Shown here piece after piece: positions 34,801 to 45,027 of a stretch of DNA of 64,000 nt. The DNA comes from Schizochytrium sp. TIO01 (lineage: Eukaryota; Protista; Bigyra: Labyrinthulomycetes): positions 4,068,747-4,132,746 of the forward strand of contig SMSO01000037.1 in NCBI GenBank assembly GCA_004764695.1, written 5' to 3'. The notes beneath the pieces were generated by a model. It saw only the letters and a program-made list of their open reading frames with translations. It was not told where the DNA came from and did no database searches. How positions within the stretch are numbered: the stretch's first letter is position 1; each line of letters starts with the position of its first letter. A program made the translations under genes and the position numbers.

Positions 34801-35254
34801 CGGTAGTGCTCTACAGCGTGTTGTTATGGAAGCTAGAAAAGAATTCGAGGCTGCTCTGGACCGTTTCGTGCAGTCGTGTATCAATAAGCACGTACCGCAC
34901 CTCTTGTCCTTTGTACGCGAGATCGAGGCTCTCTTGGAAACTTGCGATGTCTCACAAATTGTCTACCATAAGCCTCGCTCGGAACTTGCTGCTGTCTTAC
35001 AAAGTAACTCTGAACAAAATATCACGAAAGGTTTGCAGGGTATTCGCCATGAGGTGGAAATCCAGCTGTCTAGTAATCCCCCTGTATTTGCTTTAGTTCT
35101 GGTGTCCGCGCAAGACACCTTTCTGGAAAAATTTAGCCATTATGTGGAGCTTGTCACCGAGGGCTATGGTGATATTGTACGTCCCACGCTCGCACAGGTC
35201 ACCATGCTGGCCCATACCATTCTCTCTCTGGACAACATCGCGGTTATTGCATAG
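31850..35254 (+). CDS. SEC3: Exocyst complex component Sec3/EXOC1-like
   Basis: The coiled coil LSDMDAWMSNYNLELKTMRKDIQKIEAENERLQVQSRN matches the Sec3 signature, with an N-terminal PH-like region and a helical C-terminus. An upstream in-frame ATG exists at 31739. Confidence 0.75.
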   Translation: MDSDPGRPPRAPSHGENAVVSRSGAGSPASLSPRRSLSVSRLPRPKNGLRRRRSSTNSVRSSESEESSRSKASTPSMVASKSRSLLPLHLGSKSQDSTKWWEESEALIMRKLQAEVFQNRGEQVVFVSKAMKLKKGLKDKNDLKKQVLAICKTHSSNKRDDLVVHVLTLKSWSIRSSNSLQSLRIVDGAPQLPFTTVFQDSSLTLKLEFHGKTFKTKLFFVITSLGDKSIIEYTLLELCQRYFGFAPSMINVNPSELQLMATDERYMRRCTLFDEHMRPKGTESPSNGYSSNGPALELESSDDDDGEVKTTSNQGGVNGGNKNMRSLSSHRKSEDSEDNQPVELLSTAEHDELLQILEAEGLTSVTSMKLSDELQSRIHKLEEETGSTLRQWENRGDSSDYISDAMVAAGQSPELFDPIAILVDQLEQVYDELSDMDAWMSNYNLELKTMRKDIQKIEAENERLQVQSRNHENLRLHLATLLSHYAVSAGAIEVLDNLDAILRHDTLSEVEHGGSPAQGQDPALVRLSNTATELSLAVVGKAHLRHLPRHERNSANLALKDSQFAEEAHLRAINQRVLELRDQIKHFCNFVFSFIKIRIKNSADKFRQTIVSGSASDYSQLPFVVRQDSMHRVMTPYRVLIGALQELEDDGFRRVVHEYVSDMGEAYGDVLRNFSTNMGKLAFSQHVSQITEFSIQRLTLQATDDANLGDHDGERRNAEGLAQQLVAMSFGSQQELSLAHAYAHTLEQVIPMIMDEQDFLGSTFYSMNEGSNNPTDGTAEFFGGHLTSDQAVRERNETLEEIFVRRGGVLAGLSAFIEKAHAQRDIVQIIFMLVETEAILAEYGKRSKFLRGIFMDTPKGLRPQLENAFKGWIEEQRSWVTSTRSTEFRSNPGVLSALRKLPRLVDIVTALWDECTARQREICSQEPYTSQSSKFKDSAVGSGLDLLTTTVLQTVERLSVSLEIADRLRAENFHFAVETLPFRGGSALQRVVMEARKEFEAALDRFVQSCINKHVPHLLSFVREIEALLETCDVSQIVYHKPRSELAAVLQSNSEQNITKGLQGIRHEVEIQLSSNPPVFALVLVSAQDTFLEKFSHYVELVTEGYGDIVRPTLAQVTMLAHTILSLDNIAVIA

Positions 35255-35621
35255 ACCAAACAGAGTTCTCTCTCTATATTCATAACAATAGCTTATAATT
35301 TCTGTTTTTTTTGTTTCTTGTTTTTTGTTTTTTCCATAAAACCTTCTCTTTGCTGGTACCTTGGGTACGTCTCTTCATGCTGGTGCAATCCTGCTTCAGA
35401 ATCACATTTCCTGTCCAGAAAAAGACTTTTGACTGATGAGATAATCTATTTGCTTAGAACTACTTAATTACCTCATAGAGTCCCATACCGGCTCAACAAG
35501 CGACCCCAAAGCAGAAACTCTCGTAAATCTGCACCGCTCGAAGAAACCTGTGCAGGTATCGGAACAAGGATTACTGTGATCCACAGAAACGGCCCCTGCG
35601 CAACGTTGGCGCATTCGGACC

Positions 35622-36596
35622 ATGTCCTCGTCAGCCTCTCAGAACGTGAACCACCATCAGCAGGCTTCCTCCCTTAAGGTCTCCAAGACTGCGGCAATGC
35701 ACGGAAGCTCCTCACTCACAACTGCTGCGCGCGCTGAAAGCGCCCGCGTACTCAGTTTTGAGGATGTGCCATTCTCACGGTCTGCGAGATCCCATGGAGA
35801 ATCTACAGTAGCAGAACTGTCTCCTTTACCAGCTGCGCCGAGACAAGTCTCTGAGGACTCGCGTCGTGGACGCAAGGCTTATGAGAAGGAGCCTAAGACC
35901 TCTGAGGTGTTGGAAAGGAACCTTGGCCGCATACATACTGCAATGGAGAGCGACTCAATGGCTGCATTTGGTACGTTTGAAAACTAGACTGGACGATGAA
36001 GGGCTACTTCTAACTTGGTTTTAACGCTTGATTATCGATATGATGGGATGGCTCAGGACATAACAAGGAAGAGATTCTTAAAGGTATCAGTGAGATTCGG
36101 AAACGACAGGTGGACATTTTTAGACATCAGATGCACCTTGAGTTCAGGTAAGTTTCATCAAGGACCTATAACAAATTGTGCTCCTTGGCGAAAAGGCAGA
36201 ATACCTTTTCTAGATTTGGCGGAACAAAAGGAATTGAAATACTGATGCAATGCAACCATTCCTCGGGTCTTCATTTGTTATATACGAAGCTTGTCGATGG
36301 ATGAGAATGAGGACGAAAGTCTTGATGCAGAGCAAAAGATCTTCTCCTCCGAAGGTTTTTCGGAGGAGTTTCAAGAAAAATTCAAGAAGAAAGAACGTGT
36401 GCTTGATGGCGTGCATCACATGCTCGAAGACCTCACTAAACAACTACGAGAGGTCAATGCAGCCAGTGTTGTTGCACATATGCCTGCTGACCCTAGTTAT
36501 GAAAGTTCAGTGCGCCAGCGCGCAACAGGGGAAGGGAATGGTGCTGTTGACCTCGGTGACCTCCCAGACACGGAATGGAATGTAGACTTCCCCTGA
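35622..36596 (+). CDS. Three-exon coiled-coil protein, CCDC28-like (exons 35622-35970, 36057-36147, 36290-36596)
   Basis: Introns GTACGT..CAG (35971-36056, CTAAC branch) and GTAAGT..AAG (36148-36289) join the frames into ...AAFGHNKEEILKGISEIRKRQVDIFRHQMHLEFSLSMDE...LEDLTKQLREVN. Confidence 0.65.
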
Positions 36597-36726
36597 CCCT
36601 GACTTGATGAACTACGCAAGCTCAAGTGTTTTTGGCTTGCGCAAAATGCTAGATACCACCTGCTGTATTTTAAAAAAGTAGCATTGTTTATAGTTATTGT
36701 AATGATAGAATCATTAGGAAAATAAT

Positions 36727-39700
36727 TTATAAGGACACATGGTCTCTGGTTGACTCATCATCGCCTTGACCTGAATTGTCCTGCCATGTCCCAGCAGTCA
36801 GATCTGTGCGAGGGAAATTTGCCTTCTGATATCTTCGAAGGTTATCAAAATGTTTGGTTGCAGAGGTGGGTAAGTCTTTCACCCAATTATGTCTTTTCAT
36901 GATATTCAGAAGAACTGTACAGGCTCCATCATCGCTCTCATTTGATGAACTGAGCGTATCGGCGGAGCCAATGATAATAAGTTTCTTTTTAGCACGCGTA
37001 ATTGCTACATTGATACGTGAAAGATCTCGAAGAAGGCCTCCCTTATCACGATTTGCATTCGATCGCACCATGGACATAATGATGCAATCCTTGTCACGAC
37101 CTTGATACCTATCAATTGTTGCTCGCTCGACGCCGGGGTATGGGGACAAGGCATTTTCAAGTGTTGCAAGCTGCGAGCGATAAGGTGTGATAATACCTAT
37201 CTGCTCCTGTTCTGCACCACACGATAAGAGACCACACACAATTTGCTCAGTCAGAGTAGCCTCAACTCTGTTTTCGATACGTCCATGATGCTTGGTCTGG
37301 ATGTCCATGTTTACTTGAGCAGGGGTTTTCTCTGCCCGATCAAAGTGGGAGTCCTGAGTAAGAGACAGTTGATGCATCTTGGCTCGATTTTCTCTCGAAT
37401 AACCAATATAGTCCGTATTAAGAAAAACAACAGATATGTCTTTGTGAAGAAGATTAACAAGCCATTGCTTGTCTTCGTCGGCATTGGTGCGCCAGATAGT
37501 ATCTTTTGCAGTGTTATAATTTGGCAAGAGCAAACGCCGATTCAGAACTTCATCAGTTGATCGAAGTTTATTCTTGTAGACCAGCTCATTTGCGAGCAGC
37601 ATGATATCCCTATTCATTCGATATTGTATAGTGAGGGATACTTGCGCCACGCCGTCGTTTTGCTCACCCAAGGTTTTTAGTAAAGAGTCCGCCATGCCCA
37701 TGTTCTTAGCACGCACACTTTTTACGAGCGGGGGAAGCTGCATATCATCGCCTATAAGGACAAACTTCTTGCCGCGGCATAGTGGACTAATGATGTGTGG
37801 CACAGTCACTTGACCAGCCTCATCAACAATAACATAATCGAATTCTCGCATTTGTACAAATGCACTCTTGACACCAAGACAAGTTGTGCCAATGATGAGT
37901 CTGGGTTCATTTTGTGATTTGCGAAGATCCTCGAGTGTCATACTAGACAATAGATGGCCTTCGCGAAGATCTTTGTGGACCTTTGTTTCGTTACCAATTC
38001 GCCATAACTTGAATCTCTTTGCAGCCTCGGGGTTTTCAAGAATCTTCAAAAGTAAGTTATCTACAGCGCTATTTGTGTATGCGCAGATCAATACAGAGGC
38101 GTTAAGTTGCGCAAGAGCTTGTACAATAAAGCTAATTGTGGTTGATTTGCCAGTACCTGGCAGGCCTTGAACACAAACGTAGTCTTCTGCAGCAAGCACG
38201 TGGCTAATCACTCGGCGCTGATCTTCATTACAGTCCGCATACATTTTGCTCAACGAGGTGGTCAAGTCATCTGGCTTGTTAACATATCCTGACTGCCCTG
38301 TGAGAGTAAAACTTATTGGTAAGTTGCCACCACTCTCGCGATAAGCACGATGAAGTTCAGGAAGCTTGACATTGCCACTCCATACATGAGGAGAGAGGTT
38401 GGTTTCGTTGCGAAGAATCCCATCAACATCGTCATCAATAAATCGTGGACAATCGTGATCAATGATGAGAGCACGGTGTCGCTCCAAAGAGAAGTCTTTG
38501 GGCGTCATCATAAGATTTAAGAGGCTTGTCTTGACATCACGAATCCAGCTGAGCTTCGAGTCATCTCGGTCGATACGCCAGGACAACTCATCTACATTTG
38601 AGCCTTGAGGCAGATGAAACGGTTTCCGCAGTAGTAAAGTAACATATTCAGGAGTAATTTCCTCGACCGCTCCTGTTGCGAGAGAAAAATGTTGTTCCTC
38701 TAAGCTGATAATCATGTACTCACCAATGTCTACACTCTTCGGGTTGAGTGGTACAATATCTGCCACCGATGGCTCAGGGTGGCGTTCAAACCGGACTTGG
38801 TAAGTGCGTGTCGTTGCAGTAGATTCCACTTCTTTGGAACTGACAAGTTTCATACGCGCTAGGCATTTACCTTCATTTTCGCGAGCTTCTGAAGACTTAA
38901 ACCACAGTTCCTGGATACCTGTACCCGATTCAGCTTTCTCAAGTTCAATCATTCGCATCCACTTCCGGAAAAATTCTAGATGACGATCCGAGAGCTGCTC
39001 TGTATATTTGTCGAAAGTTTCCTGCAAGAATCCACTCGATTCTGCTGTTCCATTTTCGAGTGCTCTGTGATATACAATACAAGCCTCCTTTTCATAACAA
39101 CGTTCGCAAGTACTCTGTCTTTGCAACATAGACGGAAGCTTGATATCTTCAATGTCCTCGAATTCTTGATTGCCCCCTCCCTGAGCTTTGCTACGATCCT
39201 GATTTTTTTTGTAAGATCCTTCAGATCCAGCAGCCCTTTGTCTTAAGAAAAGAGGAGCAATTTGGTCGGCAAATCGGTTTCTATTTTGGATAATGGATTT
39301 CACTTGGGAATGATCCCGTGTAATTCCGCTGATCAAAACACGGTCATTCACTTGCGGGAGCTTAGATCCCCCTTGGCGGTCTTCTTGGCTTCCAATGTAC
39401 ATTAAAAGACCGGCACCCTCGTCTGTATCGCCCTGGCCACCGAACCTATTACAACCATAGTAACGATCTTCAATTATTAAAGAATAAAGAAGAACCTGGC
39501 CGTGGTGACTTAGACTTTGCCGGCCAGTTTTAAGCTCCAGAGGACTTAGTAAATTAGTGGCACGATTCTGAGCTTCTCTCAATACATTAACTTGGACCAG
39601 CAAATCAGGGGTGCCAACAATTCCCCACATAGGTGAGAGGACTTTTTCTTCAGAAGCAACAACCTGGGCAATGTCCAGACGTGCGTTCTGGCGACCCACA

Positions 39701-41830
39701 GAGATCTCATTCTCACGATCCTTGTCTTCGAGATACAATCCATTCTGCGCAAAGCTTGAACTGCTCTCGTTGTGATGAGTTGAGTCTTTATCGAATAGTC
39801 GATTTGGCATGTGTTTGGCCGTGAAGTTCTCAAGAGCTGGAATCATACTACGTAATTCACGTTTGGCTTCATCAGTAGATATACTCACAGCAAAGAGCTC
39901 TTCCACAGCTCTTGGAGATGTGACAATTTCCTGGATTATTATTTCAAGCATCTCCCTTCGCTCAAGAGGGTTCAAAGATAGTGCATCGTATGGAAGCAGG
40001 AAACGCTCAATGAAGTCGTGTTTGAGTGTACCCAAGGTAGTAGCAGGTTTGCGATTGAACATGCTTACATGTTCCTTCAAAACTGCACGCCGAACACAAT
40101 CGCGCGAGTCCATAATGTTTGTAGGTGACACAAGGACATCGGGTGCAAGAATTAAGAAGTTGTGCTCTTCTGTCACCTGGATGGTTGTGCTTCCATCCAA
40201 AGGTGGCATCTGTTTAGTCCAAATAATGTTAATGATGTCATCCTTCTGAGGAACAACTTCATCCCATGTGTCATAGAGTTCAATTCTGAGATCAGGAGCG
40301 TCTGGAAGAATCATGCCAGGGTTACCCGATGACTGAAACCACTGATTAGCACACAGAACGATAGCATTATGCTGAGCTGTTTCAATTGACTTAACAATGA
40401 ATGTCGAAAACACCTCATTGTTTGGATTACACGATCCAGACTTAAGAGGTAAGATCTTGGCATGTGCTAGGAAGGGGCTTGAAAAGCTCTCTGTTACCTC
40501 TCCATTGCTGAGTCTACTTTGGCGCTGACCTTGTGACATTTTCGTCTCAACTTGAGCTAGTACTTGTAGATAGATGTCTTCCACATCACCATCGATGCCA
40601 TCATCAGCATTGTCATCACAATCGAGATCCTGGTCATTTGTGTCGTCACTATCCAGCTGCATTGGAGGAGCTTGAGCAATAATATGTGCATGTGCTGTAT
40701 CACCTTTATGGTGGCTGCTCTGAAAGCTGGAAGAAACCGCAGTCAAATCATTTTTGCTCTCACTTTTCTTTAGCTCCATCTCCTCCAGGGCTTGAAATAA
40801 CAAGTCATTGTCAGCATTGTCGTTTGAAGTAGGCCATGAGATATCCGCCTGGGACGCAGATTGCCTTGGTTGAGCTGCATTAACAGGTTTCTCCTGAAGC
40901 TTCTTTGTATCGCACTGAGGAACACTTTGAGAGGTGTTACTTGAGGTCATTGGTTTTTGTTGCTTTGATTCTACTTGTTTAAGAGCTTGCAATAAGACGT
41001 CATCATCTATCTCCATATCGAGAGTCCCATTCGATGGAGTAGCTTGTGGAAGTGATGAATTGTCTTGAGGGAATGCTTCGTCAGAGTTGTGATTTGGCAT
41101 TTGCACATTAGCAGTGCGTATCGTTGATTGCGTTTGAGAAGAACAAGGCGTAGGTGCTTGGGCCGCCTTGCATTGATCCCAAGGTGAGGTAATATTTTGA
41201 TGCTTCCACTTATTTTGCTGGTGTTGCTGGTGTTGCTGACTTTGCTGCTGATGGTTTTGCTGACTTTGCTGCTGATGGTTTTGCTGATGCTGGTTAATTT
41301 GTTGTTGCTGTTGCAAAGCTGGGTTTGACTGTAAATTTTGTGTTTGTTGCGATGTTTTTTGCTGACCAGGTTGAGGGTTGCGAATGCTTATATTTGTTTT
41401 GGATTGTTGGTTCAGTGAGATTTGCCTACATGCATCTACTTGCGTCTGGCTACTGTGATCAACGCAAGGCTGATGCTGTTGGCTTGAGGCATGGAGCATC
41501 TTCCTACGCTTCAAGGCCTCTAGACGCTTTCGCTCGATCTCCTCCCAGCTTCGCCGAGGTCTCCCATCGCGTAGACCAACCGTCTGGTTTTGGATAATAT
41601 CCGGGGTGCTTGCAAAATCGGTCTTTGCAGATGAAGTCCGGACTACTATTTTCGATGTAGTAGAAGACATTGAATGATGTTGAGCCAGCGGATGGTGTCT
41701 TGTGTATGACGTATTTGCGTCTGAAAGAGGTCGTCGCTGCACCATCTGTTGGTGCCTATTTAATTGTGTTGTATGTGTTGAATTATGCACCATGCCTGGC
41801 TTCGGAGCTTGCCTCTGCCCAAACCTAGAC

Positions 41831-41866
<36 letters not shown>

Positions 41867-42648
41867 CTGACCTGCTGCTGCCTAATCTGCTGAGACGTGT
41901 GTTGACCGCTCACAGGTTTTCTTGTATGCGTCATGCGGTTCTCTAGCTGGGCTATAATGCTACTGATATTTTCTGCTCGCTCGCTTCCCTCAACTTCTTC
42001 ACCAGCTCGCCTCTCCTTCCCCAGCTTCTCAAACTTGGTCGCCAAGTTCACCGCGACCCTCCCATGACTCCTGTAATTCTCCTCTACATCGCTATCGTCT
42101 ACATCTTCGTTATTATCTCCTGATCTTCTTGGTATAGCTTCTCCCGCAATCAAGTCATTTCTGCCTTCACTGTAAATCCCACCCGGCTGGTCTTCTGCCC
42201 ACCACTGCTTCAGCACGGAGCTATTAGCACAGGATTGCCGTGCAGGTGCTGAGGAGGCCCCGAGGTTCTTTATCACCTTTCCCTCGACACCATCATTTTC
42301 AAAGTGGTTGGCATCATCATTGTTGTTGCTGTCGATATTGGAAACGCCTTCAAAGTCGTTCTCATCGTTGCCGTTGCTGCCATTGGAGAGGTTTCCGCGC
42401 TGTAAGGCAGCTATTGGGCCATCTACGTCGCTAAGAGAGTCGCGGAGGCGCCTCTGGTTGCGCTGCCCAACCCTTGAGAGTACCTCGGTCAGGCCGTCAA
42501 GCTCTGTTGCCGGGTGGGCAGAGCTCCTGGCCATGCGCTTGCGGTCCGTGGATGGGGCGCGATCATGCCACGAGACTACCGCTGCTTGCTTCGGCGTCGA
42601 CACAATACTGCGCCGGGACTGTGGAGTCTGCGGAGATCCTCTGTCCAT
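36727..42648 (-). CDS. DNA2: DNA replication helicase/nuclease Dna2
   Basis: Nuclease and Fe-S motifs CVRRAVL, GTLKH, ELKTG, HHGQV and CERCYEKEAC. SF1 helicase motifs GLPGTGKST, DEAGQ, QYRMN, YQGRDKD and RINVAITRAK. Long Q-rich N-terminus. Confidence 0.95.
41215..41882 (-). repeat. PolyQ and QQNHQQQS coding repeats in the DNA2 N-terminus
   Basis: (CTG/TTG)n runs at ~41215-41312 and ~41830-41882 on the + strand. Confidence 0.8.
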
Positions 42649-44228
42649 TGTGGACCACCGGTGTTCGCCTGCGCGAGTACTGCCGCTCGTCGATTAATCG
42701 AGAGCGACCGAACGGTGATCTATGTTTGATTTCCTCATGAACTACTCTTAGCTATATTCGCTCAAATATATAATCGATAGCATACTTATACACGTAGTTC
42801 GCAGCTTTCCGCTCTTGGAATTAGCGATTACTACCGTTTCCTATAACCGATCAATAAACACCTAACTTTTAGTCTAATCCAAAGGGTTAAAAAAATTATA
42901 AACTTGCGCTTTAAAAAAACTTTTGAATAGAAAAGCTATGGTACTAGTGCTTATACAGCCAAAACCCGTAGATAAACTCGGCGCTCTCAGTAGGAAAAGT
43001 TTTATTGGATGCCGTCGTTAGTGTTAGCACTCACATAGGGGCGAAGATAGCGATGGAGTTTCCCACTTATTATAATATAAACCTTCGCTCCTTTTCCTGC
43101 TTTTCTTCTTCTTCCTCTGCTTCCAGTGCGTACTCGGCCAGTGAGAAACGGGTCTCGGCTGAGGCCGCCTTCAGTGGCGCCCTCCATTGAGGCAAATGCA
43201 TCCGACTCGGGAGAAGGTTGGCGGGAAAGTGGCCTCAGACCTCTGCGAAGGAGTTGGGCTGAGCTCGAGGCGAAGCCAGAGGACCCTAGTGGGGTACATA
43301 CAGGAAACCCTACGCGAATTTTGAAAACGGTGGTTAGACCGGGGTTGTTAGTTTTGCGATAGCAATACAAGTTTAATGAGCTATACGGAGGCGTTCTCTT
43401 GAGAACACAGTCAGCCAGATCACCATCATCATCCACTTCCTTCCACAGACATGCCTGACAACTCGAAGAGGCTGTGGGCTGGTGATCATCAGCTTTGCGA
43501 ATAGCGAGTTGCTGCGAGCCCAACCAAACCCAATGGGAGCCCATGTGGCTTTCAACTCCGCGTGGCGTGGATTGCAGCGCATTCGTTTGCTTTTGTTTGC
43601 AGTCAGTACCAATAGTAAGCTGTCAATGGATGGTCATGGAAACTAGTTGTCTTGTCGCCGTGGCGATGGTCTTGTCTCTAAAAGGGAATAGTCTCGCATG
43701 TGCTGCTTAGCTTCGCCGGCTGTCATCGCCAAAGGACTTCAAGGCGTGCCTACAAAGCGCCTTACCGGTGTGGCGTCAGCTCAGACTTTGGAGAAGATGC
43801 CTATTTATGAGGCAGAACCATTGACTTTTGGGTGAACACACTGGCCATCTCTTGGATATGCGTAGATTTTGCTGGATACACAAATGTCTCCCCTGTTATA
43901 CCGGTGGTGGGAAGAAGGACTCAGTGATCGACTGGACAAGGGTCAGAAGTTGACGCAAATACGGTGTATCTATCCTCTCAGGGAATTAAACCATTCGGAG
44001 GGTCCTCTCCTAGGATGTAGCTATGACAAATTGAAACTTGAGTTTTACTGGTTGATCAAAGATGCTTGAGGTGGTGATGATGTCAGAGTTGCGCTAGTCA
44101 ACTTATTTTTCTAATCTACTTCTTTTTTGGTTGAAAGCATGTAGTAATAATAGGTATTCGTTCCTGATAGAATAATACCAAAAACATAAACAGGGAAAAA
44201 AAAAAAAATGACAAGGGAAAAAATAATT

Positions 44229-44299
44229 TGCCTTCGCGCGGAATCGAACCACGGTCGTCACAGCCACAACGTGACGTTCTACCATTGAACTACGAAAGC
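44229..44299 (-). tRNA. tRNA-His(GTG), copy 1 (G:U variant in the anticodon stem)
   Basis: GCTTTCGTAGTTCAATGGTAGAACGTCACGTTGTGGCTGTGACGACCGTGGTTCGATTCCGCGCGAAGGCA folds as a cloverleaf and is followed by oligo-T. Confidence 0.95.
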
Positions 44300-44410
44300 T
44301 GGCGATGCGCTCACTGCATTCGCTGAAACCCAAAAGATCTAATCACTATATAATTTACCTATTCGTAATTAGGCGAAAAGAAAAAAATATCATCCAAACG
44401 AAAAAATATA

Positions 44411-44481
44411 TGCCTTCGCGCGGAATCGAACCACGGTCGTCACGGCCACAACGTGACGTTCTACCATTGAACTACGAAAGC
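44411..44481 (-). tRNA. tRNA-His(GTG), copy 2
   Basis: Same 71-nt cloverleaf, anticodon loop TTGTGGC, downstream T-run. Confidence 0.97.
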
Positions 44482-44642
44482 TGGCAATGCGCTCATTGCA
44501 CTTGCTGGTTACGGTTGTGGTTGTTGTTACATATATGACTAAGACTTTTGAAAAAACTAAAAAAATTAAACTATAAAAAACAAAATTAAGCTACTATCTT
44601 TTGTAGCTGAAAAAATATAAATAAGGTACCAAAAATAGAAAT

Positions 44643-44713
44643 TGCCTTCGCGCGGAATCGAACCACGGTCGTCACGGCCACAACGTGACGTTCTACCATT
44701 GAACTACGAAAGC
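44643..44713 (-). tRNA. tRNA-His(GTG), copy 3
   Basis: Identical to copy 2. Confidence 0.97.
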
Positions 44714-45027
44714 TTGATAAGCGCTCATTACACTGCGCTGGGGAACCTTATCGAGTAAATGTATATAATATTTGGATGATGTTGAAGAGTTCTAAATTTG
44801 CGAAGTTCTACTGGTGTGTGCCGCAGTGCGATTTGCGAACGAAGGAATTCAGAAGCATGATAAGCATGTTATACAATCTTAAGTTCAACAGAAAGGTGGC
44901 GTGCAGAGATCGTTCATAAGAATGCTGACCGTGCTCGGGTTTATCTGAAGTGTGGACTTCAGGATAGTAAACGTCTCATAAATTAATCTGGCAAGGGTGC
45001 TGAATTGATACTTCAAGCTGATAGCCG

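Noticed and set aside
43002-43544. 180-aa minus-strand ORF
   Set aside because: No recognisable motifs or codon bias. It may be decayed sequence but cannot be supported.
44229-44713. Repeat-spacer array
   Set aside because: The repeats are complete tRNA-His genes.
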